Source of the DNA: an uncultured Bacteroidales bacterium
Lineage (GTDB): Bacteria; Bacteroidota; Bacteroidia; Bacteroidales; WCHB1-69
Length of the DNA: 64,000 nt
NCBI GenBank assembly: GCA_937949745.1
Contig: CALECM010000060.1
Coordinates: 4,143 to 68,142, forward strand
Direction: 5' to 3'
Shown here: piece after piece, positions 40,801 to 50,673 of the stretch
How positions within the stretch are numbered: position 1 is the first letter of the stretch
Layout: every line of letters begins with the position of its first letter
Translations under genes and position numbers: made by a program
The notes under the pieces: model-generated
The model's input: the letters and a program-made list of their open reading frames with translations, nothing else
What the model was told of the DNA's origin: nothing
Database searches by the model: none

Positions 40801-42390
40801 ATGAATTACATGGAAAATACCATACATAATAAAAAAAACGGTGGAGATAAATTATCCGTGGTCGTGATCACTTTTAACGAAGAGAAAAACATACGGCGTT
40901 GTCTGGAATCGGTCAAAAATATTGCGGATGAAATTATCGTGGTCGATTCCTATTCCGTTGATTCTACGGAGTCGATCTGCCGGGAATACGGCGTTCGATT
41001 TTTCCGGCATGAGTGGCTCGGTTTTGCCGGGATGAAAAATTACGCCAACCGCCAGGCCACCTATGATTATGTTTTTTCGATCGATGCGGATGAACAACTA
41101 TCCCGGGAACTTGAAAATTCAATCCTTTTGATGAAATCGGAGGGGCTGAAATACGCTTATACGGTCAACCGTCTTAATTCCTACGCAGGGGAATGGATAC
41201 GTCACGCCGGATGGTATCCTGATACGAAAGTCAGGTTATGGAATAAAAAAGAAGGTTCGTGGGAAGGGAATATTCATGAGCATCTCCATTTTACCCAGGA
41301 TATGAAGTTTGTCAGGCTGAAAGGTGATTTACTCCATTATTCTTATACGGGCGTAGAAGATCATCTTAACCGGGCAAATCGCTATACCACATTGATCGCG
41401 GAGGATTATTACCGGAAAGGAAAGAAAGCCTCATTCTTTAAAATGATTTTTTCTTCCGGATTTACTTTTTTTAAGGATTATATTTTACGTTTAGGCTTTA
41501 TGGATGGCTGGAGAGGACTGGCAATTTGTCGTATCGCTGCTCATTCGACCTTTCTTAAATACGCGAAACTCCGCGAATTACATGATAAAATTCCGGAAAT
41601 CTCGCTGATTATTACTACTTATAACCGTCCGGAGGCTCTGGAACTGGTATTGATCAGTGTGATGAAACAAAAATATTTGCCTTCGGAAGTGGTGGTGGCT
41701 GACGACGGCTCCACGGAAGAAACCGGGGAATTGATCCGGAAGTACCAGGCTCTGTTTCCGGTTCCTTTATACCATTGCCGGCAGGATGATGAAGGATTCC
41801 GGTTGTCGCAAATCCGTAATAAGGCCATCGCCCGCAGTAGCGGCGATTACATTATTATGGTGGATGGAGATATGGTTCTGCATCCCGGATTCATCCGGGA
41901 TCATATAGATCAAGCCAGGCCGGGACAATTCATCCAGGGTTCGCGGGTATTATTGGACGATAAGATCACCGGTGAACGTCTCCATAACCGTAATGTTCGT
42001 TTTACCCCTTTTTCTGCGGGTATTAAAAACCGGATGAATGCCTGCCGCATCCGCTCTCTATCCGGATTGGTTTCACCCCGTTACGGTAAAAAAGATTATC
42101 GTGGCGTACGTGGCTGTAATATGTCCTTCTGGAAAGAAGATCTTATACGGGTAAACGGCTTTAACGAAGATTTTAAAGGCTGGGGAAGGGAAGACAGCGA
42201 ATTTGTGGTCCGGATGCTTCATCATAATATCCGCAGAAGGAATGTGAAATTCGGAGCTGTAGCCTACCATTTATGGCATCACGAGAATAATTCTCCCAAT
42301 AGTAATCTCGATAAAAACCAGGCGATTTTGGATCAAGCCCTCAAAGAAAAAAGGTTATGGTGCGGGAAAGGATTGGACCAATACTTATAA
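40801..42390 (+). CDS. Bifunctional-looking glycosyltransferase with two GT2 domains
   Basis: The first GT2 domain reads LSVVVITFNEEKNI...DADE. The second reads ISLIITTYNRPEAL...DGDMV plus GCNMSFWKEDLIRVNGFNEDFKGWGREDSEF. Confidence 0.8.
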   Translation: MNYMENTIHNKKNGGDKLSVVVITFNEEKNIRRCLESVKNIADEIIVVDSYSVDSTESICREYGVRFFRHEWLGFAGMKNYANRQATYDYVFSIDADEQLSRELENSILLMKSEGLKYAYTVNRLNSYAGEWIRHAGWYPDTKVRLWNKKEGSWEGNIHEHLHFTQDMKFVRLKGDLLHYSYTGVEDHLNRANRYTTLIAEDYYRKGKKASFFKMIFSSGFTFFKDYILRLGFMDGWRGLAICRIAAHSTFLKYAKLRELHDKIPEISLIITTYNRPEALELVLISVMKQKYLPSEVVVADDGSTEETGELIRKYQALFPVPLYHCRQDDEGFRLSQIRNKAIARSSGDYIIMVDGDMVLHPGFIRDHIDQARPGQFIQGSRVLLDDKITGERLHNRNVRFTPFSAGIKNRMNACRIRSLSGLVSPRYGKKDYRGVRGCNMSFWKEDLIRVNGFNEDFKGWGREDSEFVVRMLHHNIRRRNVKFGAVAYHLWHHENNSPNSNLDKNQAILDQALKEKRLWCGKGLDQYL

Positions 42391-42426
42391 TTAAATAATA
42401 TTCGTATTCGGAATACTCTTTAACGG

Positions 42427-44664
42427 CTAAATGGTTTTGGCTTCGGAAGCATTCACGAAAAGTATATCCCCGATACCGTCAAAATCAGTAAAGAATTTGA
42501 CCGGGTTATGTTTGATGATTTCTTCCCTGAATCCGATGATGGTCAAACCCGCATTTTGAGAACGGGCTTCTACAGCATCACTGAAAGACTGGTGTTCCGG
42601 TACCACGATAATTTCAATATTCTTCAGGGTTATCGGTAACCTGCCCGCAGCAATGCGGTCCTTAAGCTCATCTTTCATTTCCGCGCTTTCTCCCGTCGGA
42701 CTGGTGATGAATATTCTTATTTCCGCTTTTCTCCAGTCCGGATGTGCCATAATGATATAGCCCAGCAAAATCATGAAATTGGTATTTTTTTCATCTGTAC
42801 CCCTGATCCATACGTGAATCCCGTTTTTATTCCTGATAAGATGATCCGAGCCGGCGAAGATACATACGTCGAAATTCCCGGCCCGTACCAGTTTTACGTT
42901 GTCTAATATACGGTTGAGCTCTTCGGGACTTTTTTTCTCATATTCGAATACTACCATATTGTTTTCCATACCCGATATGGAAGGAGTCTGTATCACCTGT
43001 GTTATCGCCGATGTGTAAGATGGGGAGATCATGGTGTCGATATAAAGCGGACTGTCTTTTTCTTTCTGGTTACGGACCAGCTGGGTCAGGATTTCCCGGG
43101 CTTCCCTGCAGGTTTCCTTGCTGTAATAACCTTCGATGAAATGGAAATAAGTGCCGAATCCATGCTGGTAGCTGATCCACTTCATCAATTCCAGTACTTT
43201 ATCCCTTTCCAGGGAATGGGGAGAAATACAGACGGCTGCCGGCCTCCACTCTTCCTGGTCCATGGAGGATTGGTTTTTCTGCATGAATACCTGTAACTGC
43301 CTGTTCAATTGGAACAACGCTCCCTTGAAAATATTTACAAGTCCTTTCTTATCTTTATTATAATGTTCGATAAACAGATAGATGAGAATGATAAGGAGAT
43401 ATGAAAGTATCGTATATAAAGAATTGATCTTGAACATGACCCAAACGGAAAGTATGAATCCCAACAGGGAAATGAACCACTTGGATTTAAAACGGGGACG
43501 ATAGGAGGGAGGAGATCCGAAATGATTGAGAAAAGAACTAAGGCAGAGTGTTCCATAGGTGATTAAGAAAAACATGGATATGATCTCCGCAACACTGTTC
43601 ACATCTCCCAGGAGAATAAAAATTAAGGCGATGCCGAAGGATACGATCGATGCATTGAAAGGTTCTTTATTTTCTCCTTTGCCTCTGGATAAAAACGCAT
43701 TCAGTTTTCTGAACGGGAAAGTCCTGTCATGGGCGATTGCCTGCAAAGTACGGGGAGCCACCATCATGGAACCTAAAGCGGAGGAAGAAGTACAGGCGGC
43801 GAGACCTACGGGAATCATCACGGAACCGAATATCGCGATCCTCGACATGATAAGCTGGTCTTCCATCAGGTCTGCATGTGACGCCGATATGGAAAGCTTC
43901 CATACTACCAAAATATAGACGATTAATCCGGTGAGTGTTCCTGCCATGGTTCCTAATGGAATTGATTTTCCCGGATTTTTAAGATCTCCGCTAAGTCCGA
44001 CTCCTGCCGTCATTCCCGTAAAAGCCGGGAAACAGATCGCAAATAGTATAAAGAACTGGTTCCTGTTGAAAAAACCGAAATTATCTCCGGGCACTCTGGT
44101 GGGATCTCCGCCCGAATCCAAAGGATGTCCGAAGAAGAAAAGCAATAGGGAGATAAATAAAATAATATTGACTACATATAGTAATTTGACACTCGAGCCG
44201 GTGCCTTTCCTCAGTATCACATAAGCCAATATCAGTAAAGTGGGAACACTGATCACCTGCCGCGGAAGTTCGAACCCGAAATATCCGGCCCACCAATCGA
44301 ATAAAGGCTGGAAAGATTCCGCGAAGGCTATGGTATAAAAGGCAATACTTATGGTTTGGGACAGAAAAAGCGTAATGCCGATTGTAGTTCCTATTTTTAA
44401 ACCGAATGATCTGGAAATAATAAAATATTCTCCTCCTCCTTCCACTCTTGTGTTGGTAGCCAATTCTGAAATTGCCAAAGCCGTGGGAATCGTGATCATG
44501 TGGCCGAGCAGGATAATGGCAAGCACCCCCCAGAATCCCAATGTTCCGGTGGCATAGCCCATACGCAAAAACAAGATTGCACCGAGTATCGAGGATATAG
44601 CGGTAAAATATACCGGCGCCGTACCCATTCCGTTTTTCTTTCCCAGTTCCGTTTTTGTTTTCAT
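42427..44664 (-). CDS. APC-superfamily transporter with large cytoplasmic C-terminal domain (SLC12 cation-chloride-cotransporter-like)
   Basis: About 12 TM helices in the N-terminal ~480 aa, plus a soluble domain of about 260 aa. I use the ATG at 44664, because the TTG at 44682 lies inside the promoter box. Confidence 0.65.
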   Translation of the reverse strand: MKTKTELGKKNGMGTAPVYFTAISSILGAILFLRMGYATGTLGFWGVLAIILLGHMITIPTALAISELATNTRVEGGGEYFIISRSFGLKIGTTIGITLFLSQTISIAFYTIAFAESFQPLFDWWAGYFGFELPRQVISVPTLLILAYVILRKGTGSSVKLLYVVNIILFISLLLFFFGHPLDSGGDPTRVPGDNFGFFNRNQFFILFAICFPAFTGMTAGVGLSGDLKNPGKSIPLGTMAGTLTGLIVYILVVWKLSISASHADLMEDQLIMSRIAIFGSVMIPVGLAACTSSSALGSMMVAPRTLQAIAHDRTFPFRKLNAFLSRGKGENKEPFNASIVSFGIALIFILLGDVNSVAEIISMFFLITYGTLCLSSFLNHFGSPPSYRPRFKSKWFISLLGFILSVWVMFKINSLYTILSYLLIILIYLFIEHYNKDKKGLVNIFKGALFQLNRQLQVFMQKNQSSMDQEEWRPAAVCISPHSLERDKVLELMKWISYQHGFGTYFHFIEGYYSKETCREAREILTQLVRNQKEKDSPLYIDTMISPSYTSAITQVIQTPSISGMENNMVVFEYEKKSPEELNRILDNVKLVRAGNFDVCIFAGSDHLIRNKNGIHVWIRGTDEKNTNFMILLGYIIMAHPDWRKAEIRIFITSPTGESAEMKDELKDRIAAGRLPITLKNIEIIVVPEHQSFSDAVEARSQNAGLTIIGFREEIIKHNPVKFFTDFDGIGDILFVNASEAKTI

Positions 44665-44679
44665 AATTTTTACTGTCTG

Positions 44680-44687
44680 CAAAAATA
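44680..44687 (-). promoter_or_regulatory. TAnnTTTG -7 box (TATTTTTG on the minus strand)
   Basis: The reverse complement of caaaaata is tatttttg. It ends 15 nt upstream of the ATG at 44664. Confidence 0.45.
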
Positions 44688-44843
44688 ATGGATTCCGGGA
44701 GAACCGGGCGGCTTTGAGAAAATAAATAACAAAAATTAACCATGTTCATGTTGTTCAATCAATGTGAAGGGCTCACCGGCGGAATAAACATTTTCTCACT
44801 AAATAGCTTTATAATGGATAATATGGATCTTGTCTCTTTTTAA

Positions 44844-44851
44844 TATATTTG
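44844..44851 (+). promoter_or_regulatory. TAnnTTTG -7 box (TATATTTG)
   Basis: tatatttg ends 20 nt upstream of the ATG at 44872. Confidence 0.45.
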
Positions 44852-44871
44852 CAGCCGTAAGATGTAACTCT

Positions 44872-46890
44872 ATGACTAATAGTAAGAAGTTGTATAAAAT
44901 AAAGGTAATATTAAGCCTTTCCAATATCAATGCCGATTTTCTACAACTTATCCTTTGTATGTTCGTGAGCCATTACCTGATTGGGAATCCTTTATATGGC
45001 GCCGCCCTTTTCCTTTTCAATAATATCTGGATACTTTATTTTGAAGGAAATTTGCGTCACCTGAAATACAAACGCGGAGAGGGACCCGGCGTAATGATGT
45101 GGATATTACTTACTTTTTCCTTATTGGCGGGCATGGCTATTATTTTTCTTTATCCTGTGGTAGGAGGTAAATACGAGGCTAATTATGTCTCGTTTTTCGT
45201 GTTGATAGTGGCTTTACGGAATATCATGACTTACTGGATGACCAATTCCTATAACCGGAAAAAGAAATCTAACCGGGTTCTTAAAATACTGTTCCAGTTG
45301 TTTTTCCTTCTTCCCTGTATAGTATTTGCCTTTTGGCTTATGGAGGGTACACCTCGTTATATTGTCATGATTGGTTTTGCTTTTACCGGATTTCTCCTTT
45401 CATACGAAAGCAGTACGATGGTCAGTTTCGGTAAATATATAGCTCATCTGGATAAAGACAAAATAGGGGAAATATTTTCCTATAAGGTATTTTCCAATAT
45501 GGCGCTCTATTCTCAGATTGCTTTCAGCCTGGGCGTGCTGATGTATGTTTGCTATATAAGTTTCAGTCAGGAAACATTTTCCGTGTGGGTATATCTTGTT
45601 ATGGCACTCTGGCTCGTATTCGTTCTGATATTATCCGAGCTGTTCACCTGGGTAGCCAATAAGCAGGGCTGGGTAATGAACCTGAACCTTTTTCTTCTCG
45701 GAGCCGGTTTATGGATACTGGGTTCCGTGCAAATGTACCGGGTAACCGACTGGATAGGAACCGCTTTCTGGACATTTTTTTGGGGCTTCGGACTGGCCTG
45801 TATTACGGCGGTCACGAACAGGTATAATAAGGACTTTAAACTGGTAGCCCGTATAGCCAACAAGAAAGTGGCGGACAGGGATCTCTATTTCCGTAATATG
45901 CTTACCCAGTTAGTGGCGGTCATTATTTCTTATGGTATTATGCTTTGTGTCGTAACGGTATGGTCATTTGTGATTCCCAATTCCACAGATGCCGGGGTAC
46001 CGGCTTTATCACGACAGATCATGATGCAGCTACCTGTGCTTTTTATGTTGATCAGTATTTTCTTTGCTTTAAAACAGCCGCTGGATGAAAGAATCCGTCA
46101 AAAATTGATCAATTATAATGCGGGAACAAATCAGAATGACCCTACTAAGAAGAATCTGGAAAAACGCCTCATTAAGGAAAGTCGTGTGCGTTTCGGTATC
46201 AAGATTATCGCGGGTATCGTGCGTCCTTTCCTGCATCTGAAGGTTTCGGGAAAAGAAAATATTGATCCGGGTAATTTTCCCTCCATATTTGTGTGCAACC
46301 ATGGCCTTTTTTACGGACCTATCGCGGCGGTAATCTATTTGCCGACCTATTTCCGGCCATGGGTTGATAAAAAAATGGTGGATATAGATCTCAGTGCCCA
46401 GGAAATATACGACCGCCAGCTTTACCGCTGGCCCTTATTATCCGGGAATGCCAAAATGAAGATCAGCAGGATCGTGGCACAACCCGTAACCTGGGCGCTC
46501 AATTCTTTTAACCCCATTCCGGTGCAAAAGAACTCATTACACGGTATTGTGCAAACCTTTGACGATACGGTGACGGTACTGACCGAAGGAGATAATGTGC
46601 TTATATTTCCGGAAAAGCCTAAAAAGGTAAAAAAGGGGAATAAAATGACCGTCGAGCACGAAACCAATACGGTCGGAAATCTCTATACCGGATTCGCCAG
46701 TATCGGGAAATTATATTATGAACAATCCGGTAAAGCTTTATATTTTTATCCGATATATGCCAATAAAAAAGGCCATACCTTTAAAATAGGAGAACCGGTT
46801 ATTTATGATCCGGACAATCAGCCGAAAGAGGAGAAAAAACGCATTGCCGACCAATTGCATGATAAGATGCTTGAATTGAAGAACGGGTAA
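44872..46890 (+). CDS. Polytopic membrane protein with C-terminal PlsC-like acyltransferase domain
   Basis: The N-terminal ~440 aa are multi-TM. The C-terminal part carries IFVCNHGLFYGP and VLIFPEKP, which resemble lysophospholipid acyltransferase motifs I and III but lack the canonical Asp. Confidence 0.45.
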   Translation: MTNSKKLYKIKVILSLSNINADFLQLILCMFVSHYLIGNPLYGAALFLFNNIWILYFEGNLRHLKYKRGEGPGVMMWILLTFSLLAGMAIIFLYPVVGGKYEANYVSFFVLIVALRNIMTYWMTNSYNRKKKSNRVLKILFQLFFLLPCIVFAFWLMEGTPRYIVMIGFAFTGFLLSYESSTMVSFGKYIAHLDKDKIGEIFSYKVFSNMALYSQIAFSLGVLMYVCYISFSQETFSVWVYLVMALWLVFVLILSELFTWVANKQGWVMNLNLFLLGAGLWILGSVQMYRVTDWIGTAFWTFFWGFGLACITAVTNRYNKDFKLVARIANKKVADRDLYFRNMLTQLVAVIISYGIMLCVVTVWSFVIPNSTDAGVPALSRQIMMQLPVLFMLISIFFALKQPLDERIRQKLINYNAGTNQNDPTKKNLEKRLIKESRVRFGIKIIAGIVRPFLHLKVSGKENIDPGNFPSIFVCNHGLFYGPIAAVIYLPTYFRPWVDKKMVDIDLSAQEIYDRQLYRWPLLSGNAKMKISRIVAQPVTWALNSFNPIPVQKNSLHGIVQTFDDTVTVLTEGDNVLIFPEKPKKVKKGNKMTVEHETNTVGNLYTGFASIGKLYYEQSGKALYFYPIYANKKGHTFKIGEPVIYDPDNQPKEEKKRIADQLHDKMLELKNG

Positions 46891-46933
46891 ACATTGTAAT
46901 ATGAAAAGATCTTTTAATTCATAAAATTATTCA

Positions 46934-47647
46934 ATGAAAATAATTTTACAGGAAGATAGCCATATAGATTACCAAAACTACCGCTTTCCTTATTGTTTAT
47001 ATGCAATTAAGGAAGCGGATGATTATTATGGGGAAATATATGATAAAGGATTTCTCCCTTACAGCAATAACCTTGATATGGAAGAAGAGATCTTTTATAT
47101 GGCCCGAAGTATCAGGATAGATCTGGCCAGGTCTCCTTTTAACTATAAGCAGAACAATGTTTTCAATAAATTTTCCAAAGTATATCGGGATACGGAGCTT
47201 GTATTTTCACTGGAATCCAAAGATGACCTGAAGAATAATCATGATTTTCTGGATTGGTGTTTGGCTAACGCTAAAAACCGTTTCCTTTCTATGGAAAGAT
47301 TAAGATACATACTTTCCCGTCCGTATCTCCGGAATATATTATGTATTACAAGTAAAGAGAAAGTACTGGCTTACGTTTTCCTGATTCACGAACCGGGAAA
47401 ATTTGCCCATGTGTGGTACTCTTTTTATGATCAGGAAAATAAAATGAATGATTTCGGGAAATGGATCATATTAAAAACGATAGCGTGGTGCTTTGCTCAT
47501 CAATATCCTCTCTTTTATATCGGGACCTGTTATTCCGCGTCCGCTTTCTATAAATTAACATTAAGTCCCCACACCACCTATTTCGACGGAACAGGTTGGA
47601 ATGAGGACTTATCTGGTCTTAAGAAAAAATTGTTGACGGAAAATTAA
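46934..47647 (+). CDS. Hypothetical protein with ATE_C/Bpt-like (aminoacyl-tRNA-protein transferase-like) C-terminal pattern
   Basis: HVWYSFYDQENKMNDFGKWIILKTIAWCFAHQYPLFYIGTCYSASAFYKLTLSPHTTYFDGTGW resembles the Y.FYDP...lG....L..I......g..y.YLGY.....M.YK..F.P pattern of ATE_C domains. Confidence 0.35.
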   Translation: MKIILQEDSHIDYQNYRFPYCLYAIKEADDYYGEIYDKGFLPYSNNLDMEEEIFYMARSIRIDLARSPFNYKQNNVFNKFSKVYRDTELVFSLESKDDLKNNHDFLDWCLANAKNRFLSMERLRYILSRPYLRNILCITSKEKVLAYVFLIHEPGKFAHVWYSFYDQENKMNDFGKWIILKTIAWCFAHQYPLFYIGTCYSASAFYKLTLSPHTTYFDGTGWNEDLSGLKKKLLTEN

Positions 47648-48228
47648 CGGTTATTTTCCATTCTTTCCGCTACTTTATTCCAATTGATTATTTTAAAAAA
47701 GCTTGCTACATAATCAGGCCTTTTATTCCTGTAATCGATATAATAAGCATGTTCCCATACGTCACAGGTTAAAAGGGGTTTCATTCCTTTGGTCATGGGA
47801 TTTTCCGCGTTTCCTGTTTTTTCAATACTTAGTTTACCGTTCCCGTTAAGTACAAGCCATGCCCATCCTGAGCCGAACTGGGAAGTGGCCGCATCTGCGA
47901 ATTCCTTTTTAAATTCCTCAAAGGAACCGAAGTCCTGTATGATCTTTTCCATTAATTGTCCTTCCGGTTTTGCCGGCGCGTCGGGTGTAAGCGATTCCCA
48001 ATAAAAAGTATGGTTCCATACCTGCGCCCCGTTATTGAAAATATCCCCTTTTGATTTTTTTACAATCTCTTCCAGCGTTGCATCTTCGAATTCAGTTCCC
48101 GGCACCAGTTTATTTAATTTATCGACATAAGCCTGATGATGTTTTCCGTAATGATATTCGATGGTTTCTTTGCTGATCGTGGGTTCCAGGGCATCCTTCG
48201 CCCAGGGTAATTGAGGTAATGTAAACAT
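47644..48228 (-). CDS. sodB: Fe/Mn superoxide dismutase
   Basis: FTLPQLPWAKDALEPTISKETIEYHYGKHHQAYV and DVWEHAYYIDYRNKRPDY. Confidence 0.9.
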   Translation of the reverse strand: MFTLPQLPWAKDALEPTISKETIEYHYGKHHQAYVDKLNKLVPGTEFEDATLEEIVKKSKGDIFNNGAQVWNHTFYWESLTPDAPAKPEGQLMEKIIQDFGSFEEFKKEFADAATSQFGSGWAWLVLNGNGKLSIEKTGNAENPMTKGMKPLLTCDVWEHAYYIDYRNKRPDYVASFFKIINWNKVAERMENNR

Positions 48229-48385
48229 GATTTTTTGTTTTAATGATTTTATTTTTTAATCTTTTATGGTAATGTAACATTAAAAAAGGAAACATTGTTT
48301 AGGTTATGGATTGCAATGCATAATATCAATAAAAGATTGGTAGTGATTTATATATTGCTTTCTTTGGGAGAGTAAAGGCTCCTCC

Positions 48386-49147
48386 TTACTGCATTTCAGT
48401 TAAATATTTCCAGAATCTTCTGGGCATATTTTGACGTTGTAATTTAGGATTGATACGCTCTTTGATCGCCATGGATTTGAAATATCCTTTCCATCTCTCC
48501 TGGAAAAGCTTCTCGTCTTTTGCCATAATATCGTCATTTAATTTTCCGTCGATAAGATGCTGGTCGTTATCCAGTGTGACCTCCGTTACTTTTTTAAGAT
48601 CGTAATAATACCCGTATTTCCGTTTGAGGTCATATAAAAACCATTTCTGGTCGGCAAAACGATCCTTAAAATAGGAAAGTGTCAACGGCAGAACATTATA
48701 TTGCGGCGATAACGGGGCGAAAAATGTACCGTCGGAGGCTTTCTGGAACCGGATGAATTGTATATAATAACGGGCCTCCCTGGATACTTTCTCCCCGAGT
48801 TTTTTAACTTCGAACATATCATCGTCGGCGAAATCCATAACGACATTATCTTTCCTGTCGAAAATTTTGCGCATGTACCGGAATAAAAGTTCATCGGCCT
48901 CTTCTTTTTCCGATAACCAGACACAGATCAGCATCCTGCATATATTTCCGGATAATTTACGGCGAAGTCCTTTCCACACACGGCTCGATTTATGACCGTC
49001 ACTATTTACCTCATGGATATTTTCAGTGAAAAGGGGATGCGGTGCTCCCTGAGCTAATAACCGGTCAGGGAACATTTTACGGTCATAAGCATCAAAAAGG
49101 GCGGACAATAATCCTTCGAAAGTCTTATCATAATAGAATACTGTCAT
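48386..49147 (-). CDS. Putative DNA metabolism protein (UDG-like partner of the radical SAM DNA repair/modification protein)
   Basis: MTVFYYDKTFEGLLSALFDAYDRK is the N-terminus typical of this family. The gene lies 3 nt downstream of its usual radical SAM partner. Confidence 0.6.
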   Translation of the reverse strand: MTVFYYDKTFEGLLSALFDAYDRKMFPDRLLAQGAPHPLFTENIHEVNSDGHKSSRVWKGLRRKLSGNICRMLICVWLSEKEEADELLFRYMRKIFDRKDNVVMDFADDDMFEVKKLGEKVSREARYYIQFIRFQKASDGTFFAPLSPQYNVLPLTLSYFKDRFADQKWFLYDLKRKYGYYYDLKKVTEVTLDNDQHLIDGKLNDDIMAKDEKLFQERWKGYFKSMAIKERINPKLQRQNMPRRFWKYLTEMQ

Positions 49148-49150
49148 AGA

Positions 49151-50416
49151 TTATTCCGGGAAGATAATGGAGAGCTGGTTCTCGTCTTTCTTCTTTTTAT
49201 CGTTTTTCAATGTGAACAGTCTGCGTAAATTTTCGGGGTGAGCTTCGTGAATGGTAAACGGTGTAAGCTCGTTACACGTGATAAAATACCTCGCTTTTTT
49301 CATTACCACACCGATCTTTTTAAGCACAGCCGACGTAATACGACTATGTCTTCTCGTGGCTACGATCAAATTGGCTGATTTAACCCCGATTCCCGGGACC
49401 CGTAAAATCAGCGAACGATCGGCTTTGTTAACATCTACGGGAAAGAATTCCGGATGTCGTAACGCCCAGGCAAGTTTGGGATCTATTTCAAGGTCGAGGT
49501 TCGGATAGTGGTCATCCACGATCTCTTCGGTTTTAAATCCGTAGAAACGCATCAGCCAGTCCGCCTGGTAAAGCCTGTTCTCCCTGACTAACGGCGCCTG
49601 TTGCAGCATCGGCAGCCGGTTGTCGTAAGCATTTACCGGCACAAATCCCGAATAATAAACCCGTTTCATACTCGGTCTTTGGTATAAAGCGTCGGAGAGC
49701 TGCAGGATATCCCGGTCGGATTCATTGGTCGCACCCACGATCATTTGCGTACTTTGTCCCGCCGGAGCGAATTTCGGCGCGTGTTGCAGGTGTTTGCGCT
49801 CATCCAGGCTTGCCAGGACACCCTGTTGTATATAGAGCATGGGTTTATATACGCTTTGATGGTCTTTTTCCGGAGCCAGCATTTTCAGGTTCTCTTCCCT
49901 GGCAATTTCCACATTAACACTCATACGGTCGGCATATAGTCCCGCTTCGGATACCAATTCTTTACTGGCGCCGGGAATACTTTTCATGTGAATATAGCCG
50001 TTATAGCGGTGCACGGTACGCAGGTCTTTTACGACCCGGACCATCCTTTCCATGGTGTAATCCGGATTACGGATCACTCCCGAACTGAGGAATAACCCTT
50101 CGATATAATTCCGACGGTAAAATTCAATCGTAAGATCTACCAGTTCATTGACGGTAAAAGTGGCTCTGGGAATATCATTGGTCCGCCTGTTAATGCAATA
50201 GGCACAATCGTAAATACAGTAGTTCGTGAGCATGATCTTCAATAAAGAAACACACCGTCCGTCGGCGGTAAAGCTGTGGCAGATTCCCCAGCCTTTAGCG
50301 CTCCCCAAAGTACCCGGTTTATTCTTTCGGGTGGTACCGCTCGAGGCACAGGAAACGTCGTATTTTGCCGATTCAGCCAGTATATTTAATTTATTTGCGA
50401 TTGCGTCTTTCATCAT
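49151..50416 (-). CDS. Putative DNA modification/repair radical SAM protein
   Basis: KLNILAESAKYDVSCASSG, the radical SAM motif CIYDCAYCINR and a C-terminal helix-hairpin-helix-like region (VNKADRSLILRVPGIGVKSANLI). I prefer the ATG at 50416 over 50470. Confidence 0.7.
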   Translation of the reverse strand: MMKDAIANKLNILAESAKYDVSCASSGTTRKNKPGTLGSAKGWGICHSFTADGRCVSLLKIMLTNYCIYDCAYCINRRTNDIPRATFTVNELVDLTIEFYRRNYIEGLFLSSGVIRNPDYTMERMVRVVKDLRTVHRYNGYIHMKSIPGASKELVSEAGLYADRMSVNVEIAREENLKMLAPEKDHQSVYKPMLYIQQGVLASLDERKHLQHAPKFAPAGQSTQMIVGATNESDRDILQLSDALYQRPSMKRVYYSGFVPVNAYDNRLPMLQQAPLVRENRLYQADWLMRFYGFKTEEIVDDHYPNLDLEIDPKLAWALRHPEFFPVDVNKADRSLILRVPGIGVKSANLIVATRRHSRITSAVLKKIGVVMKKARYFITCNELTPFTIHEAHPENLRRLFTLKNDKKKKDENQLSIIFPE

Positions 50417-50673
50417 TGCAAAGTAACTATTTTTCGTCCAGATATCACGTAAAAAGTTTCTTAAAAACATGGAAAAATCCTCTTAGCAAATTTGCCGGGA
50501 AAACCTGTTTTTTTGGTGGAAACATAATGGGTTAAATTCAAACAATTATTGTATTTTCCCTGTTATAAAACAACCATCAACGAAAGATGTTTTTTAATAA
50601 AATTTATACGGAAAAATCTATATCTACCATAATATTTCATAATTTAGCCGTTTCAAATTCTAAACAGTATAAA

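Noticed and set aside
44081-44758. 225-aa minus-strand ORF overlapping the transporter gene
   Set aside because: It is out of frame with the 745-aa permease ORF, which has coherent TM-helix content. Its translation is Arg/Gly/His-rich, with no motif I recognise.
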